64,000 nt of DNA from an uncultured beta proteobacterium (GTDB taxonomy: Bacteria; Pseudomonadota; Gammaproteobacteria; Burkholderiales; Burkholderiaceae_F), in NCBI GenBank assembly GCA_963791235.1, contig CAWBRW010000008.1, positions 2,871 to 66,870 on the forward strand. Direction: 5' to 3'. The position numbers and the translations under genes were made by a program. The notes beneath the pieces are model-generated. The model had not been told where the DNA came from. It was given only the letters and a program-made list of their open reading frames with translations, and made no database searches. This document shows positions 1 through 10,450 of the stretch, piece after piece. Positions within the stretch are counted from its first letter, which is position 1, and each line of letters starts with the position of its first letter.

Positions 1-633
1 CGTCAGGTACTGACCCATGGCCGGATGCCTGGTCACGGCCTCCAGCAGGTCACGGTAGTTGCCGAAGGCGTGGGTCGACAGTGTGTCGAGGTAGAACGCC
101 AGGGTGTGCGGCGCGTTCTGCAGGGCGGCATCGGCGGCCGAGGTCACGAGGATCTGCGACAGCGCATAGGTCACGCGCTGGCGCAGCGGGTCCGGTCCGG
201 TGATCGCCTGCCGCCAGAATGACTGGTACAGCGGATCGATCGTGACCGTGACCCCCTCCGGGGTCGGAATCGGATAGGCCGCCAGCACGAAGTCCAGGTG
301 GGACGTACGCGGTATGCGAAACTGCTGCTCGATCCAGTTGTTGTAGCCCAGGCGCTTCAGTCGATCCATTTCCGCGGAAGTCACGCCAAACGTCGACTGC
401 CACAGGAAGCGCACGGCTTCCGCATCCGACGGCGCCGCGGTCGGCGCTGCGGTGGGCCCCGAAGGAGCGAAACCCCCGGGGGGCGGTTCCAGGGTAGTAG
501 CCGGGTCAGTACTTGCTGAAGACGGCGTGGCGGGCGCACCAGGGCTGTCGCCGCCGCCGCCGCACGCGGCCAACAACAATGCGGCGCATAGCGTAGCCAG
601 TAAGCTTCGAAGCTTGGGTGCAGCAAGGTTCAT
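1..633 (-). CDS. DUF1800-like exported lipoprotein, N-terminal part (gene continues past window start)
   Basis: The frame is open from base 1 to an ATG (complement of 631-633). It is absent from the ORF track because it is open-ended. The N-terminus MNLAAPKLRSLLATLCAALLLAACGGGG is a signal peptide plus lipobox. Downstream FLWQSTFG ... RQRVTYALSQILV ... HPAMGQYL resembles DUF1800 proteins. Confidence 0.6.
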   Translation of the reverse strand, partial: MNLAAPKLRSLLATLCAALLLAACGGGGDSPGAPATPSSASTDPATTLEPPPGGFAPSGPTAAPTAAPSDAEAVRFLWQSTFGVTSAEMDRLKRLGYNNWIEQQFRIPRTSHLDFVLAAYPIPTPEGVTVTIDPLYQSFWRQAITGPDPLRQRVTYALSQILVTSAADAALQNAPHTLAFYLDTLSTHAFGNYRDLLEAVTRHPAMGQYLT

Positions 634-774
634 TACGTGTCCGGCAAGGAATGCGCAGGGCGCAGGCAGGGCCGCGTGGTGCGGCTCGACCATGGCGCAG
701 GCTAAACAGCGGGTGCAGCTGGGTCCATCGGTCGAACGAATTAGCGGTCGTAGCCGACAAGGGAGTCGTAGATA

Positions 775-2196
775 GTGAAGTCGATAGCTGGAGTGGTCCT
801 TTTCGGTCTCGCGCTGCACACGACGCTGCCGGCCGAAGCCCAGACCCCAAGACCCTCCTCGGGGCTACCGGACAGTGTCGCGAGCGCGCTCAAGGCTGCC
901 AACGTACCCACCATGGCGGTCGGCATCAGCGTCATGCCGGTTGCCGCACCGGGACTCAGCCTGGCTGTCAACGAAAACGTTCCGATGAACCCGGCGTCGA
1001 CGATGAAGCTCGTGACGACGCTGGCGGGCCTGGAACTGCTCGGACCGCAGTTTGCGTGGCGGACCGATGCGTTGGCGACGGCACCTCTTGTGAACGGTGC
1101 GCTGGAGGGCGATCTCTACCTTCGGGGCAGCGGGGACCCGCGCCTCGTTGTCGAGCATCTGTGGCTTCTGGTGCAACGGGTGCGCGGAATCGGCGTCCGT
1201 GAGATTCGTGGCGACCTCGTGCTGGACCGCGGTGCCTTCGACACGATGGCCCATGACCCGGGTGCGTTCGACGGCGAGTCACTGCGCCCCTATAACGCCG
1301 GACCGGATGCACTGCTGCTCAACTACAAGAGTGTCAGCTTCCATTTCGTCCCCGACGCCGACGCCAAGCAGGTGCGCGTCTATGCCATCCCGCAGCTCGC
1401 CGGAATGGCCGTGCCACCGACGGTGCGCGCGGTCGAAGGCGCCTGCAATGACTGGCGCGGGCGGCTCGGCGGTGATTTCAGTGACCCGACGCGCCCACAG
1501 TTTCGCGGTGGTTTCCCGCTCGCCTGTGGCGACCGGGTCTGGCACGTCAGCCTGCTCAGCCACACCCAGTATGTCGACGCCGTTTTCCGCGCGCTGTGGA
1601 ACTCGAGCGGCGGAACCTGGCGCGGTCGCGCGCGCGACGGCGCGACTCCGGCCGATGCACGTCGGCTGGGACAACACGAATCCGAGTCGCTCGCGGAGGT
1701 CATTCGCGACATCAACAAGTTCAGCAACAACGTGATGGCGCGGCAGCTGTTCCTGACGGTCGGAGGTGAAGTCACAAAGCAGCCGGCCAGCGTCGAGAGT
1801 GCGCAGCGCGTCATCGGCGACTGGCTCGTGGGCAAGGGGCTCGAACGGCGGGAATTCGTGCTGGAAAACGGCGCGGGACTGTCGCGCATCGAGCGGCTGA
1901 CGGCGTCCGGCCTCGCCCGCCTGCTCGTGTCGGCGTTCGCCAGCCCGCTGATGCCGGAATTCGTCTCGTCGCTGCCGCTGGTCGGGGTTGATGGCACGAT
2001 GCGAAAGCGCGTGGGCGCAGCCGGTTCGGCACACATCAAGACGGGCCTGCTGTCCGATACCCGGGCGGTTGCCGGCTACGTGCTCGCAGCGAGCGGGCGG
2101 CGTTACGCGGTCGTCGCCTTCGTCAACCATCCGAATGCCGGCGCGACGCAGGGAGCGCTCGACGACCTGCTGAACTGGGTGTATGTCAACGGCTAG
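775..2196 (+). CDS. dacB: D-alanyl-D-alanine carboxypeptidase/endopeptidase, PBP4 family
   Basis: 473 aa. GTG start with GGGAG about 9 nt upstream, followed by a signal peptide. Contains the STMK active-site motif (PASTMKLVT), LYLRGSGDP and an overall PBP4-like sequence. Confidence 0.9.
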   Translation: MKSIAGVVLFGLALHTTLPAEAQTPRPSSGLPDSVASALKAANVPTMAVGISVMPVAAPGLSLAVNENVPMNPASTMKLVTTLAGLELLGPQFAWRTDALATAPLVNGALEGDLYLRGSGDPRLVVEHLWLLVQRVRGIGVREIRGDLVLDRGAFDTMAHDPGAFDGESLRPYNAGPDALLLNYKSVSFHFVPDADAKQVRVYAIPQLAGMAVPPTVRAVEGACNDWRGRLGGDFSDPTRPQFRGGFPLACGDRVWHVSLLSHTQYVDAVFRALWNSSGGTWRGRARDGATPADARRLGQHESESLAEVIRDINKFSNNVMARQLFLTVGGEVTKQPASVESAQRVIGDWLVGKGLERREFVLENGAGLSRIERLTASGLARLLVSAFASPLMPEFVSSLPLVGVDGTMRKRVGAAGSAHIKTGLLSDTRAVAGYVLAASGRRYAVVAFVNHPNAGATQGALDDLLNWVYVNG

Positions 2197-2283
2197 GGAA
2201 TCCGCGGGATTCGATCTTCGTCATGCCACGGGCATGATGGCTGTCTAGTCTGTTTATGTGGTGGTCCAACTGAAGGAGAAGCA

Positions 2284-2595
2284 ATGGAACAGGTCACGCA
2301 AGGCACGAAGGAACGCCTGATGTCGGACGTCAACGCGGTGCTCGTCGATGCCGAGGATCTGCTGAAGCAGGCCGCCGCGGCGAGCGGCGAACAGGCTGCC
2401 GATCTGCGGCGGCGTGCGCAGTCCGCGATTGCCAGCGCCAAGACGCGGCTTGTCGACATTGAGCACAAGGTCGTGGACAAGACCCGATACGCGGCCAAGG
2501 CCACGGATCACTGGGTGCACGATCATCCCTGGACAGCGCTGGGGATTGCGGCCGGTGTCGGGGTGCTGATCGGACTGGTCATCAACCGCCGCTAG
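2284..2595 (+). CDS. DUF883 membrane-anchored protein (ElaB/YqjD-like)
   Basis: 103 aa with an AAGGAG RBS. Helical N-terminal part and a C-terminal anchor HPWTALGIAAGVGVLIGLVI. First gene of a yqjD-yqjE-yqjK-like triad. Confidence 0.85.
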   Translation: MEQVTQGTKERLMSDVNAVLVDAEDLLKQAAAASGEQAADLRRRAQSAIASAKTRLVDIEHKVVDKTRYAAKATDHWVHDHPWTALGIAAGVGVLIGLVINRR

Positions 2596-2612
2596 CGCCA
2601 CTTCGCCTCGCG

Positions 2613-3017
2613 ATGACGGATCGGCCGGTCGGCCTGATTGGATCGGTGCGCGCCATGATTGCGCATGGCGTTACGTTGTTTGCCACGCGTGGTGAACTGG
2701 CCGCGCTCGAACTGGCGGACGCCCGTGATCGCGCCATGCGATGGCTGGGGCTGGGCATGGTCGCCGCCGTGCTGCTGCTGGCGGCGTTGATGACGCTGTC
2801 GCTGTGGGTGGCTGCGATCTTCTGGGATGGCCCACGTGGATGGGCCCTCGGTCTTCTCGCGCTGGCCTATGCCATCGCCGGCTTCGTTGCGGTCAGTGTC
2901 GTTCGACGCGAAGTGGCGGCGGCGCCGCCCCTGCTCGCACAGACGCGCGCCGAATTGGAAAAGGACCGCGACGCGCTCCGCGGACGATGGCACGGACACG
3001 ACGATGGCACGGGCTGA
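2613..3017 (+). CDS. YqjE-like (DUF1469 / phage-holin-like) inner membrane protein
   Basis: 134 aa with two hydrophobic helices (WLGLGMVAAVLLLAALMTLSLWV and GWALGLLALAYAIAGFVAV). Sits directly after the DUF883 gene, as in the E. coli yqjDEK cluster. Confidence 0.75.
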   Translation: MTDRPVGLIGSVRAMIAHGVTLFATRGELAALELADARDRAMRWLGLGMVAAVLLLAALMTLSLWVAAIFWDGPRGWALGLLALAYAIAGFVAVSVVRREVAAAPPLLAQTRAELEKDRDALRGRWHGHDDGTG

Positions 3018-3396
3018 CGCGGAGCAGCGTGCGCTGCGACAGGAACTTCTGCTGTTGCGTGCTGCGGTGGAGCGCGCCGCGCTGGCCGATCAGCTGGGGC
3101 AACTCGAGTCGCGAGCGAGTCACGGCCTGCCTGGCCTGCTGTTTGCGGGTGCCGACGGCGCGCGACGCTCCGGCCTGCTGCGGTTCGCGACGTCGACCTA
3201 CCGCGTTGTCCGTGCGCAGCCCTGGCTGGTCCCGACCGTCGCCGGTATCGCCCGCTCGCGCGCATTGCGTTGGTTAGTCGTGGCAGGAGCCGTGGCTGCA
3301 GCGGCGTGGTGGATCAGGAACAGCGTCACTTCGTCGTCGACAGCGGACGTTGAGGACGAGGCCGAAGCCATCGCGCAGGACAGCGGCTTCGAATAG
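3004..3396 (+). CDS. YqjK-like small protein
   Basis: ATG at 3004 (MARADAEQRALRQELLLLR...) overlaps the preceding stop by 14 nt. The ORF-track start at 2827 lies inside the previous gene. Third member of the triad. Confidence 0.55.
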   Translation: MARADAEQRALRQELLLLRAAVERAALADQLGQLESRASHGLPGLLFAGADGARRSGLLRFATSTYRVVRAQPWLVPTVAGIARSRALRWLVVAGAVAAAAWWIRNSVTSSSTADVEDEAEAIAQDSGFE

Positions 3397-3477
3397 CGCG
3401 TGTCCGGAGCGCTGTCTTCAGGACCGACACGCTTCCACAGGCGACCCGATCGCCGACTCCGTCAATCCAGGCACCCG

Positions 3478-4383
3478 TCAGGACGATGCCCGCGGCGCGG
3501 CGCCGGCACTCCGCGCCGGAAGCAACACCGTCGTCAGCGATAACAGGATCAGGCCGAGCGCCACGTAGTCCTGCCAATGCGGCTGCTCACCCAGGATCCA
3601 CATGCCCGAGAAGACACCGAGCACCGGAATCAGCATCACCGACAGCCCGCTCGCTGCAGGCGGCAGCTTGCGGGCCAGCATCGACCACACGACATGGCAG
3701 AACGCCACGGCGAAGAAGATGTTGTAGAAAAGCGGGAACCATTCCGGCGCGGCAGGCCAGCGCCATTGATCCAGTTCCAGCGCGATCGAGAACGCAAACA
3801 TCACGAGCACGGTCAGTGCCATCATCCAGAACGTCAACGTGATGATCGGCAGATCGATCAAATGCCGCCGCATCAGGTGCGTGCCGAACCCCCATGCCGC
3901 CGCGGCGATAAGCATCAAGGCCGTGCCGAGCGGTGAACCCGCCAGCGCGGTGAACTCGGACGACAGCAGCAGCAGCGTGCCGAGCAGGGCCGCCGTCACG
4001 CCGAGCCAGTGCCGCGGCAGCGGCCTTTCCCCGAAGAACGCCAGCCCGGCGAGCACCGCCCACACCGGCATCGTGTAGCCGAGAATCGCGGCGCGTCCGG
4101 AAGGCAGCATCTTCACTGCCTGGATCGCCAGCACATGCCAGACGATCATGTTCGGCACGGCGAGCCAGATGACCTCGCGCCAGGCCGCACGCGGCACCGC
4201 CAGCGAAATGCCGGACAACCGCGCCCAGGCGCCGATGACGATGAGGCCGCCGCCGAGACACAGGGTCCGGAAGTACAGCGGCGGCAGCTCGGCCACACCG
4301 AGCTTCATCACCGGCCAGTTCACGCCCCAGAACACGGTGAGCAGGGCCAGCAGCAGCAGGTCGCGGGGACTGAGGCGGGACAT
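3478..4383 (-). CDS. EamA/DMT-family transporter
   Basis: Start taken at MSRLSPRDLLLLALLTVFWGVNWP (ATG is the complement of 4381-4383). About 10 TM segments in two EamA-like halves. The 466-aa ORF-track version adds an implausible N-terminal extension across the pyrF promoter and start. Confidence 0.85.
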   Translation of the reverse strand: MSRLSPRDLLLLALLTVFWGVNWPVMKLGVAELPPLYFRTLCLGGGLIVIGAWARLSGISLAVPRAAWREVIWLAVPNMIVWHVLAIQAVKMLPSGRAAILGYTMPVWAVLAGLAFFGERPLPRHWLGVTAALLGTLLLLSSEFTALAGSPLGTALMLIAAAAWGFGTHLMRRHLIDLPIITLTFWMMALTVLVMFAFSIALELDQWRWPAAPEWFPLFYNIFFAVAFCHVVWSMLARKLPPAASGLSVMLIPVLGVFSGMWILGEQPHWQDYVALGLILLSLTTVLLPARSAGAAPRASS

Positions 4384-4467
4384 CGGGCGAGGTTCTAACA
4401 CAGGCGACCCGCCGACGACGCCAAGCGGCACGCACGCGCCGCGTAAGATGCGCGCCGGAGAGCAGCG

Positions 4468-5289
4468 ATGACGACATTCCGGGACCGACTGGCCGCGCGC
4501 TGGCGCGCCGCTGACAGCCTGCTGTGCGTGGGACTGGATCCGGATCCCGCCCGCTTTCCTGCCCATCTGCGCTCGGGCGAAGACACGATCTTTGGTTTCT
4601 GCCGAGACATCGTCGACGCCACGGCCGACCTTGTATGCGCGTTCAAGCCGCAGATCGCCTACTTCGCCGCCGCACGCGCCGAAACGCAGCTCGAGCGCCT
4701 GATCGAGCACATTCACCGCGCGCATCCGCAGGTGCCGGTGATCCTGGATTTCAAGCGCGGTGACATCGGCGCAACCGCCGAGTTGTATGCGCGCGAGGCT
4801 TTCGAGCGCTACCAGGCCGATGCCGTGACGCTTTCGCCCTACATGGGCCGTGATTCGATCGAACCATTCCTCGCCCATGCGGATCGCGGTGCGTTCCTGC
4901 TGTGCCGGACCAGCAATCCGGGTGGCGATGACCTGCAGATGCTCGACAGCGGAGGCGTACCGCTTTATCAGCGCGTTGCCCAGCTTGCCGCCGGCCCGTG
5001 GAACACCAGCGGGCAGCTGGGCCTGGTGGTCGGTGCCACCTACCCGGCCGAACTCGCAGCGGTACGTCAGCTTGTCGGCGACCTGCCGCTACTCGTGCCA
5101 GGCATCGGCGCCCAGGGCGGCGACATTGAAGCCAGCGTGAAGGCGGGTCGCAGTGCCGACGGCACCGGCATGGTGATCAACTCATCCCGCGCCATCCTCT
5201 ACGCCGGCAGCGGCAGCGATTTTGCCGACAAGGCGCGCGCGGTGGCCGTCGCCACGCGCGACGCGATCAACCGTCACCGCCAGGGCTGA
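4468..5289 (+). CDS. pyrF: orotidine 5'-phosphate decarboxylase (type 2)
   Basis: 273 aa with [27 protein letters not shown] and LLCRTSNPG motifs, typical of long-form PyrF. Confidence 0.93.
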   Translation: MTTFRDRLAARWRAADSLLCVGLDPDPARFPAHLRSGEDTIFGFCRDIVDATADLVCAFKPQIAYFAAARAETQLERLIEHIHRAHPQVPVILDFKRGDIGATAELYAREAFERYQADAVTLSPYMGRDSIEPFLAHADRGAFLLCRTSNPGGDDLQMLDSGGVPLYQRVAQLAAGPWNTSGQLGLVVGATYPAELAAVRQLVGDLPLLVPGIGAQGGDIEASVKAGRSADGTGMVINSSRAILYAGSGSDFADKARAVAVATRDAINRHRQG

Positions 5290-5293
5290 CCAC

Positions 5294-6607
5294 TCAATCG
5301 GAAGCAACCGCTGCGTCGGCCTCGGGCAGGCGGGACGCCAGCACCTTGTCGATACGGTTCTTGTCCATGTCGACGATCTCGAAGCCCCAGCCTTGCCACT
5401 TGACGATGTCGCCCGTCGCCGGCACGCGGCCGAGCAGCAACATCACCATGCCCGACAGGGTGTTGTAGCGTCCCAGTTCCTCTTCGGGAGCTGCGCCGAA
5501 GTCGAGGCGATCCTTGAGCTCCGGAATCGGGATCAGGCCGTCGAGCAGCCAGGAGCCGTCGGCGCGCTGCACGGCCCACGCATCCTCGGTCCGCTGTGGC
5601 TTGAACTCGCCCGCGATGGCCTCGAACAGGTCCTGCGAGGTCACCAGCCCCTGGATCTCGCCATATTCATCGACCACCAGCGCCATGTGGCCGGCACTCG
5701 CGCGGAAGTTCTCGAGCAGCTCCATGCCGGTCAGCGACTCCGGCACGTAGACCACCGATTCGGCGGCACTCTCGAGATTCAGCACGTCGCCACGAATGGC
5801 CTGCTGCAGCAGCCGGCGCGCGCTGGCCACGCCGACAACGTCGCGCAGGCCGCCACGGCAGACCGGGAACCTTGAGTGCTCGACGTCGAGCACGCGCTTC
5901 AGGTTTTCCTTCAGGTCATCTTCGAGGTCGAGGTAGACGATCTCCGAACGCGGCGTCATCAGTGAGGCGATCTGCCGGTCATCGAGCCGGAACACGTTGC
6001 GCACCATCGCACGCTCCTGCTCGTCGATGACACCGGTTTCCGAGCCCTCCTGGATCAGCGCATGAATCTCCTCTTCGGTCACCGCATTGGCGCCGTCGGT
6101 GCGGGCCCCGAGCAGACGTAGCAGCACATCCGTAGACGCCGACAGCAACCGCACGAAGGGCTTGGCCGCCACCGCCAGCCAGCCGATCGGACGCGCCACC
6201 CGGCGTGCCACGGCCTCGGCGGAGATCTGACCCAGGCGCTTCGGTACCAGTTCGCCGAACACGATCGAAAAATAAGTGACGACGACGACGACCAGCGCCG
6301 TGGCGCCGAACCTTGCCGATTTCGCTTCTGCGCCGAGTTCGATCAACCACCCGCCCAGCGGCTCGGCAAATGCAGCCTCGCCCACGATCCCGCTCATGAT
6401 GCCGATCGACGTGATGCCGACCTGGATCGTTGACAGGAATCGCGTCGGATGATCGTTCAGTGCCAGCGCCGCCACGGCGCCGGCATCGCCCTGCTCGGCC
6501 AGTGCCTGAAGGCGTGCGCGGCGCGCGGTCACCAACGCAATTTCGGACATGGCGAAGACACCGTTGAGCAGTATCAGCGCAAAGAGCAGCAGGACTTCGG
6601 TAGGCAT
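5294..6607 (-). CDS. hemolysin/CNNM-family protein (DUF21 - CBS pair - CorC_HlyC)
   Basis: 437 aa. N-terminal DUF21 membrane domain (LLNGVFAMSEIALV), a CBS pair and a C-terminal CorC/HlyC-type domain. Confidence 0.88.
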   Translation of the reverse strand: MPTEVLLLFALILLNGVFAMSEIALVTARRARLQALAEQGDAGAVAALALNDHPTRFLSTIQVGITSIGIMSGIVGEAAFAEPLGGWLIELGAEAKSARFGATALVVVVVTYFSIVFGELVPKRLGQISAEAVARRVARPIGWLAVAAKPFVRLLSASTDVLLRLLGARTDGANAVTEEEIHALIQEGSETGVIDEQERAMVRNVFRLDDRQIASLMTPRSEIVYLDLEDDLKENLKRVLDVEHSRFPVCRGGLRDVVGVASARRLLQQAIRGDVLNLESAAESVVYVPESLTGMELLENFRASAGHMALVVDEYGEIQGLVTSQDLFEAIAGEFKPQRTEDAWAVQRADGSWLLDGLIPIPELKDRLDFGAAPEEELGRYNTLSGMVMLLLGRVPATGDIVKWQGWGFEIVDMDKNRIDKVLASRLPEADAAVASD

Positions 6608-6655
6608 GGCGTTCCGTTCAGATCAGATCAGTTCAGTGTGCCGTCCATCCGGCGT

Positions 6656-8317
6656 TCACGGGAGCGGCAGCGGCACATCGGCATGCTTCCAGGCCGCTTG
6701 CGCACGCGCCAGCGTGGTGTCCGCGCGTGAAGATTCCCCCATGCGGCGCTCGACTTCGGCAGTACCACGCAGAGAGTATGCATTTTCGGGATGCAGCTGC
6801 AGGTCGCGCCGGTAGGCATCCAGCGCAGCGCGTTGTGCTCCGGCCGCCAGCTGCATGCGGCCGAGTGTCTGCAGCGCCGGCAGCGGCCACACCGGAGGCT
6901 CGTCCACTTGCAGGGCCTGCTCCCGCTTCACCGCCCGGGACGCGTGCCGCACCGCTTCCACTGCCCTACCCCGTGCCGACGCGATCTCGGCGCGCAGCAG
7001 GTCCTCGGACAACGCAAGTACGTCGGCGGCGCGGTTGGTGTTCTTGATCATCCATTTCTGCGCGGTGCTCGTGCGCCGGGCGGCTCGCAAAGCCGTGAGC
7101 TCGCGCTCAGCGCGCGCCGGGTCCGCTGTGCGGGCAAAGGCCGTGCCGCGCGCAAAGGCCGCAAGGCCTTTCAGATAGGCGCCCTCTCCCGGGACCGGTC
7201 GCGCGAGAACCGCATCCCAGCGGGCGAAGCGCACGTCGGTCAACCACGGCATGCCCATCAGGTGCTGGCGCGTGCCGGCGTCCACGCGATCCGACGAGCG
7301 AGCCACCCCCGCCACCGCGTCTGCGGTCGACACGGCAATTGCGGACTCCCCGCTCCAAAGCGCGGCAGCCCAGAGGAAGTGCTGGTTATGGACGGCGTAG
7401 CCAGCGATGTACTGGGGATCGGGCTGCGTCAGCGCGGCATAGCGACGGTCGGCATCGACCGCCGCGACGTTGGCCAGCACGGCGTCGTGATAGCGCCCGA
7501 TACGGATGTAGATGTGCGCCGGCATGTGCACGAGGTGGCCCACGCCGGGCGCGATGGACGCAATCCGGTCAGCCGAACCCAGCGCAGCGTCCGGCGCGCG
7601 CGACTCACCGTACAGGTGGATGCGGTAGTGGTGGGCGCCCGGGTGCTCGGGCGCCAGCCGGACGGCGCGATCCAGCAGCGAAACGACGCGCGGCGTCCAC
7701 GGCTGTGGCGCGCCGTCGGCGCGCCACCAGTCATAGGAATGCTCGGTCATCAGCGCCTCGGCGGCGAGCACCGCGATGTCGGCATCGTCGGGCCAGCGAT
7801 CGGCGAGGGTGGACATGGCCTCCGAGTAGCGCCGCGCGTCGGCAGCACCGATCGTCTCACCCGTCGCCGGCAGTCGTGTTGCCAGCGCCGTCACCAGCTC
7901 GCGCGTCCGCGCATCGTCCACATGGACGCGCGCCTGCACGAGGGCGTCGCGGGCCACCGGCAGTTCGGCGACCGCCATGTCGGCGTTGATGTTCGGTCCG
8001 ACGGCCCAGGCGATGCCCCATCGACATAGCGCGCACGCCGGATCGCGCAGCGCCGCGGCGCGAAATGAGCGCGCGGCCTCGGGAAAGTTGAAACCCCAGC
8101 CGAACACCATGCCTTGCTCGAAGAAGCGCTGGGCCTGCGCATCCGCGGAGACGCGCGGCGCGCGATAGGGGCCGGTGCCGTCGAACAGGCGCGCATCCGC
8201 GACCTTCAGCCCACGCGCGTCCGAGAGACAGATTTCACCGGCGGGGGGCGCGCCAAGCGCCAGCGACGAGCACAGAAGGAGAGCGGCCAGCAGCCAGGCC
8301 TGCAGCCGACGGTACAT
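6656..8317 (-). CDS. secreted TPR-repeat protein, function unknown
   Basis: Start at MYRRLQAWLLAALLLCSSLALGA (signal peptide), overlapping the stop of the upstream hydrolase gene by 1 nt. Helical-repeat composition. The ORF-track N-terminal extension lies inside the upstream gene. Confidence 0.6.
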   Translation of the reverse strand: MYRRLQAWLLAALLLCSSLALGAPPAGEICLSDARGLKVADARLFDGTGPYRAPRVSADAQAQRFFEQGMVFGWGFNFPEAARSFRAAALRDPACALCRWGIAWAVGPNINADMAVAELPVARDALVQARVHVDDARTRELVTALATRLPATGETIGAADARRYSEAMSTLADRWPDDADIAVLAAEALMTEHSYDWWRADGAPQPWTPRVVSLLDRAVRLAPEHPGAHHYRIHLYGESRAPDAALGSADRIASIAPGVGHLVHMPAHIYIRIGRYHDAVLANVAAVDADRRYAALTQPDPQYIAGYAVHNQHFLWAAALWSGESAIAVSTADAVAGVARSSDRVDAGTRQHLMGMPWLTDVRFARWDAVLARPVPGEGAYLKGLAAFARGTAFARTADPARAERELTALRAARRTSTAQKWMIKNTNRAADVLALSEDLLRAEIASARGRAVEAVRHASRAVKREQALQVDEPPVWPLPALQTLGRMQLAAGAQRAALDAYRRDLQLHPENAYSLRGTAEVERRMGESSRADTTLARAQAAWKHADVPLPLP

Positions 8318-9204
8318 CAGGCAGCGACGAAGAAACCAAGCGCCTCGTCCACGAACGCGTCGGGCAGTTCTTCCGGGATAAAGTGTCCGCAGGGCAGCGC
8401 GCGCCCCGTCACCGCTGCGGCCGCCTTTGCGCGCCAGTCGGCCAGCGGCGTGAACAGCCTCTGCACGACGCCGCGTTCGCCCCACAAGACGTGCACCGGA
8501 CACTCGATACGGCGCGCTTCGTCAGCACGGTCATGCTCGAGGTCGATGCCGGCGGCAGCGCGGTAGTCCTCGCACATCGCATGGATCGCATCCGGCGTGA
8601 AGCACCGCTGATACTCGGCCAACGCACGTGCATCGAACGCCGAGGTGCCGCTCGAACTCCAGGCGCCGAGTTTGGTCCGCAGGTAGAAGTCAGGGTCAGC
8701 GCCGATCAGCCGCTCCGGCAGCGGCGCCGGCTGGATCAGGAAGAACCAGTGGTAGTACAGGCGAGCGAACTCCATCGTCGTGCGTTCGTACATGGTCCGC
8801 GTCGGCGAGATGTCGAGCACCATCAGGCGCATGACGTCGCGCGGGTGGTCGAGCGCGAGCCGGTGCGACACACGCCCGCCGCGATCGTGGCCGCAGACGA
8901 AGTAGCGCTCGTGCCCGAGGGCGTGCATCAGTTCGACCATGTCGCGTGCCATTGCGCGCTTGCTGTACGGCGCGTGATCGGCGTCGCTCGGCGGCTTGCC
9001 GGAGTCGCCATAGCCGCGCAGGTCCGGCATCACGATGCGGAAGCGCTGCGCGAGTCGCGGCGCCACGCGATGCCAGATCGCGTGCGTCTGCGGGAAACCG
9101 TGCAGCAACAGCAGCGGCGTTCCGCTGCCGCCCTGTCGGAAGCAGATCTCGACGCCGTTGACACTGCGTCGCTCCAGTGAGTAACCCTCGAACAGGTCAG
9201 ACAT
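8317..9204 (-). CDS. alpha/beta hydrolase, epoxide hydrolase / haloacetate dehalogenase-like
   Basis: Start at MSDLFEGYS (ATG is the complement of 9202-9204). Contains HGFPQTHAIWHRVAP, PDLRGYGDS and the nucleophile elbow GHDRGGRV, characteristic of this subfamily. Confidence 0.8.
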   Translation of the reverse strand: MSDLFEGYSLERRSVNGVEICFRQGGSGTPLLLLHGFPQTHAIWHRVAPRLAQRFRIVMPDLRGYGDSGKPPSDADHAPYSKRAMARDMVELMHALGHERYFVCGHDRGGRVSHRLALDHPRDVMRLMVLDISPTRTMYERTTMEFARLYYHWFFLIQPAPLPERLIGADPDFYLRTKLGAWSSSGTSAFDARALAEYQRCFTPDAIHAMCEDYRAAAGIDLEHDRADEARRIECPVHVLWGERGVVQRLFTPLADWRAKAAAAVTGRALPCGHFIPEELPDAFVDEALGFFVAA

Positions 9205-9354
9205 CGTGCCGTTCCAATCCCCTGACGCCGCGCCTGGCTGTCGACTTCTGCGCCGGCGCCGCATGAACGCGGAAGCCGACCTCGACAGTTCGGGCGGCCT
9301 TGTGCGAGCTATCCGAAAACTCAAATCCGGCCAACCGGGAAACTGAGCCGTCCG

Positions 9355-9885
9355 CTAGACGTCCTGCCGCTGCTTCAGCAGACCGATCAGCGACTCCAGG
9401 GCGGTGACGATGCTCTGCGTTCGCACTGCGTGGCGATCGCCATCAAAACGCCGGGTTTCGGTCCTGACCCATGCCGGCTGCGCCGGATCGCGCCGGATCG
9501 CCCAGGCGAAACACACCGTGCCGACCGGCTTGGTTTCCGTGGCGCCCTCTGGCCCGGCGATGCCGGTGACGGCGACGGCCACCTGTGCGTTGCTGTGCGA
9601 CAGCGCTCCAAGAGCCATCGCCCGCGCGACCGGCTCGCTCACGGCACCGAAGTCGCGCAGGTAAGCCGGTGCAACCCCGAGCACCTGCAACTTCGCGTCA
9701 TTCGCGTAGGTGATGAAGCCGCGATCAAACCACTGGCTCGAGCCCGGACTCAGCGTGACCGCATACGCCACGCCACCGGCGGTACAGGACTCGGCGGTGG
9801 TGAGCATCAGGTGCTCGGCACGCAAGGCGCGCCCGAGATCTGCCGAGAGCTGTTCAAGGCGCCTTGAGATATCACCGACGGTCAT
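9355..9885 (-). CDS. pncC: CinA C-terminal-domain protein / nicotinamide-nucleotide amidohydrolase
   Basis: 176 aa with TTAESCTAGG, ITYANDAK and VAVTGIAGP motifs. Confidence 0.88.
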   Translation of the reverse strand: MTVGDISRRLEQLSADLGRALRAEHLMLTTAESCTAGGVAYAVTLSPGSSQWFDRGFITYANDAKLQVLGVAPAYLRDFGAVSEPVARAMALGALSHSNAQVAVAVTGIAGPEGATETKPVGTVCFAWAIRRDPAQPAWVRTETRRFDGDRHAVRTQSIVTALESLIGLLKQRQDV

Positions 9886-9895
9886 TGCCGAGCTT

Positions 9896-10450
9896 TCAGT
9901 GCAGGACCCGCGCGAACACCGCGGCCAGCACGAGCGTGTAAAAGGCAGCCATCAGGTCATCCGCCATCACGCCGACGCCGTTCTTCCAGCGCCGGTCAAG
10001 CGCGCGGATCGGCGGCGGCTTCAGGATGTCGAACAGCCGGAAGGTGAGGAATCCCAGCGCCTGCGCCAGCAGCGTCGGGGGCAATAACAGCAACACGATC
10101 CAGATCGCGACGATCTCGTCGATGACGATCGCGCCGTGATCCGGACGGCCAAGATCCCGGCCGGTCCGCTCTGCGCAAAGCGCGCCGACCAGCAGCGTCG
10201 CGATGATGACGACAACCCAGGCTGCCGGCGTCAGCCAGTCATCAAGTGCGATGAAGGCACCCCAGCCGGCAAGGGTGCCCCAGGTGCCGGGGGCCGGGCG
10301 CAGCAGGCCGCTGCCGAAACCGAACGCCACCCCGTGCGCCGGGTGCGCGAGCATGAAGGCGAGCGACGGTTCTGGCGCCGCCGCCGGCAGTCGGCTGGCC
10401 GCGGTCACCGGATTCTGCACAGCGGCCGCGGGCGGCGAAGGCTCGTTCAT
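9896..10450 (-). CDS. pgpA: phosphatidylglycerophosphatase A
   Basis: Start at MNEPSPP, with an ATGA overlap on the thiL stop. Contains GFGSGL..APGTWGT, IVIDEIVA and FRLFDILKPPPI motifs. The longer ORF-track version runs into thiL. Confidence 0.88.
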   Translation of the reverse strand: MNEPSPPAAAVQNPVTAASRLPAAAPEPSLAFMLAHPAHGVAFGFGSGLLRPAPGTWGTLAGWGAFIALDDWLTPAAWVVVIIATLLVGALCAERTGRDLGRPDHGAIVIDEIVAIWIVLLLLPPTLLAQALGFLTFRLFDILKPPPIRALDRRWKNGVGVMADDLMAAFYTLVLAAVFARVLH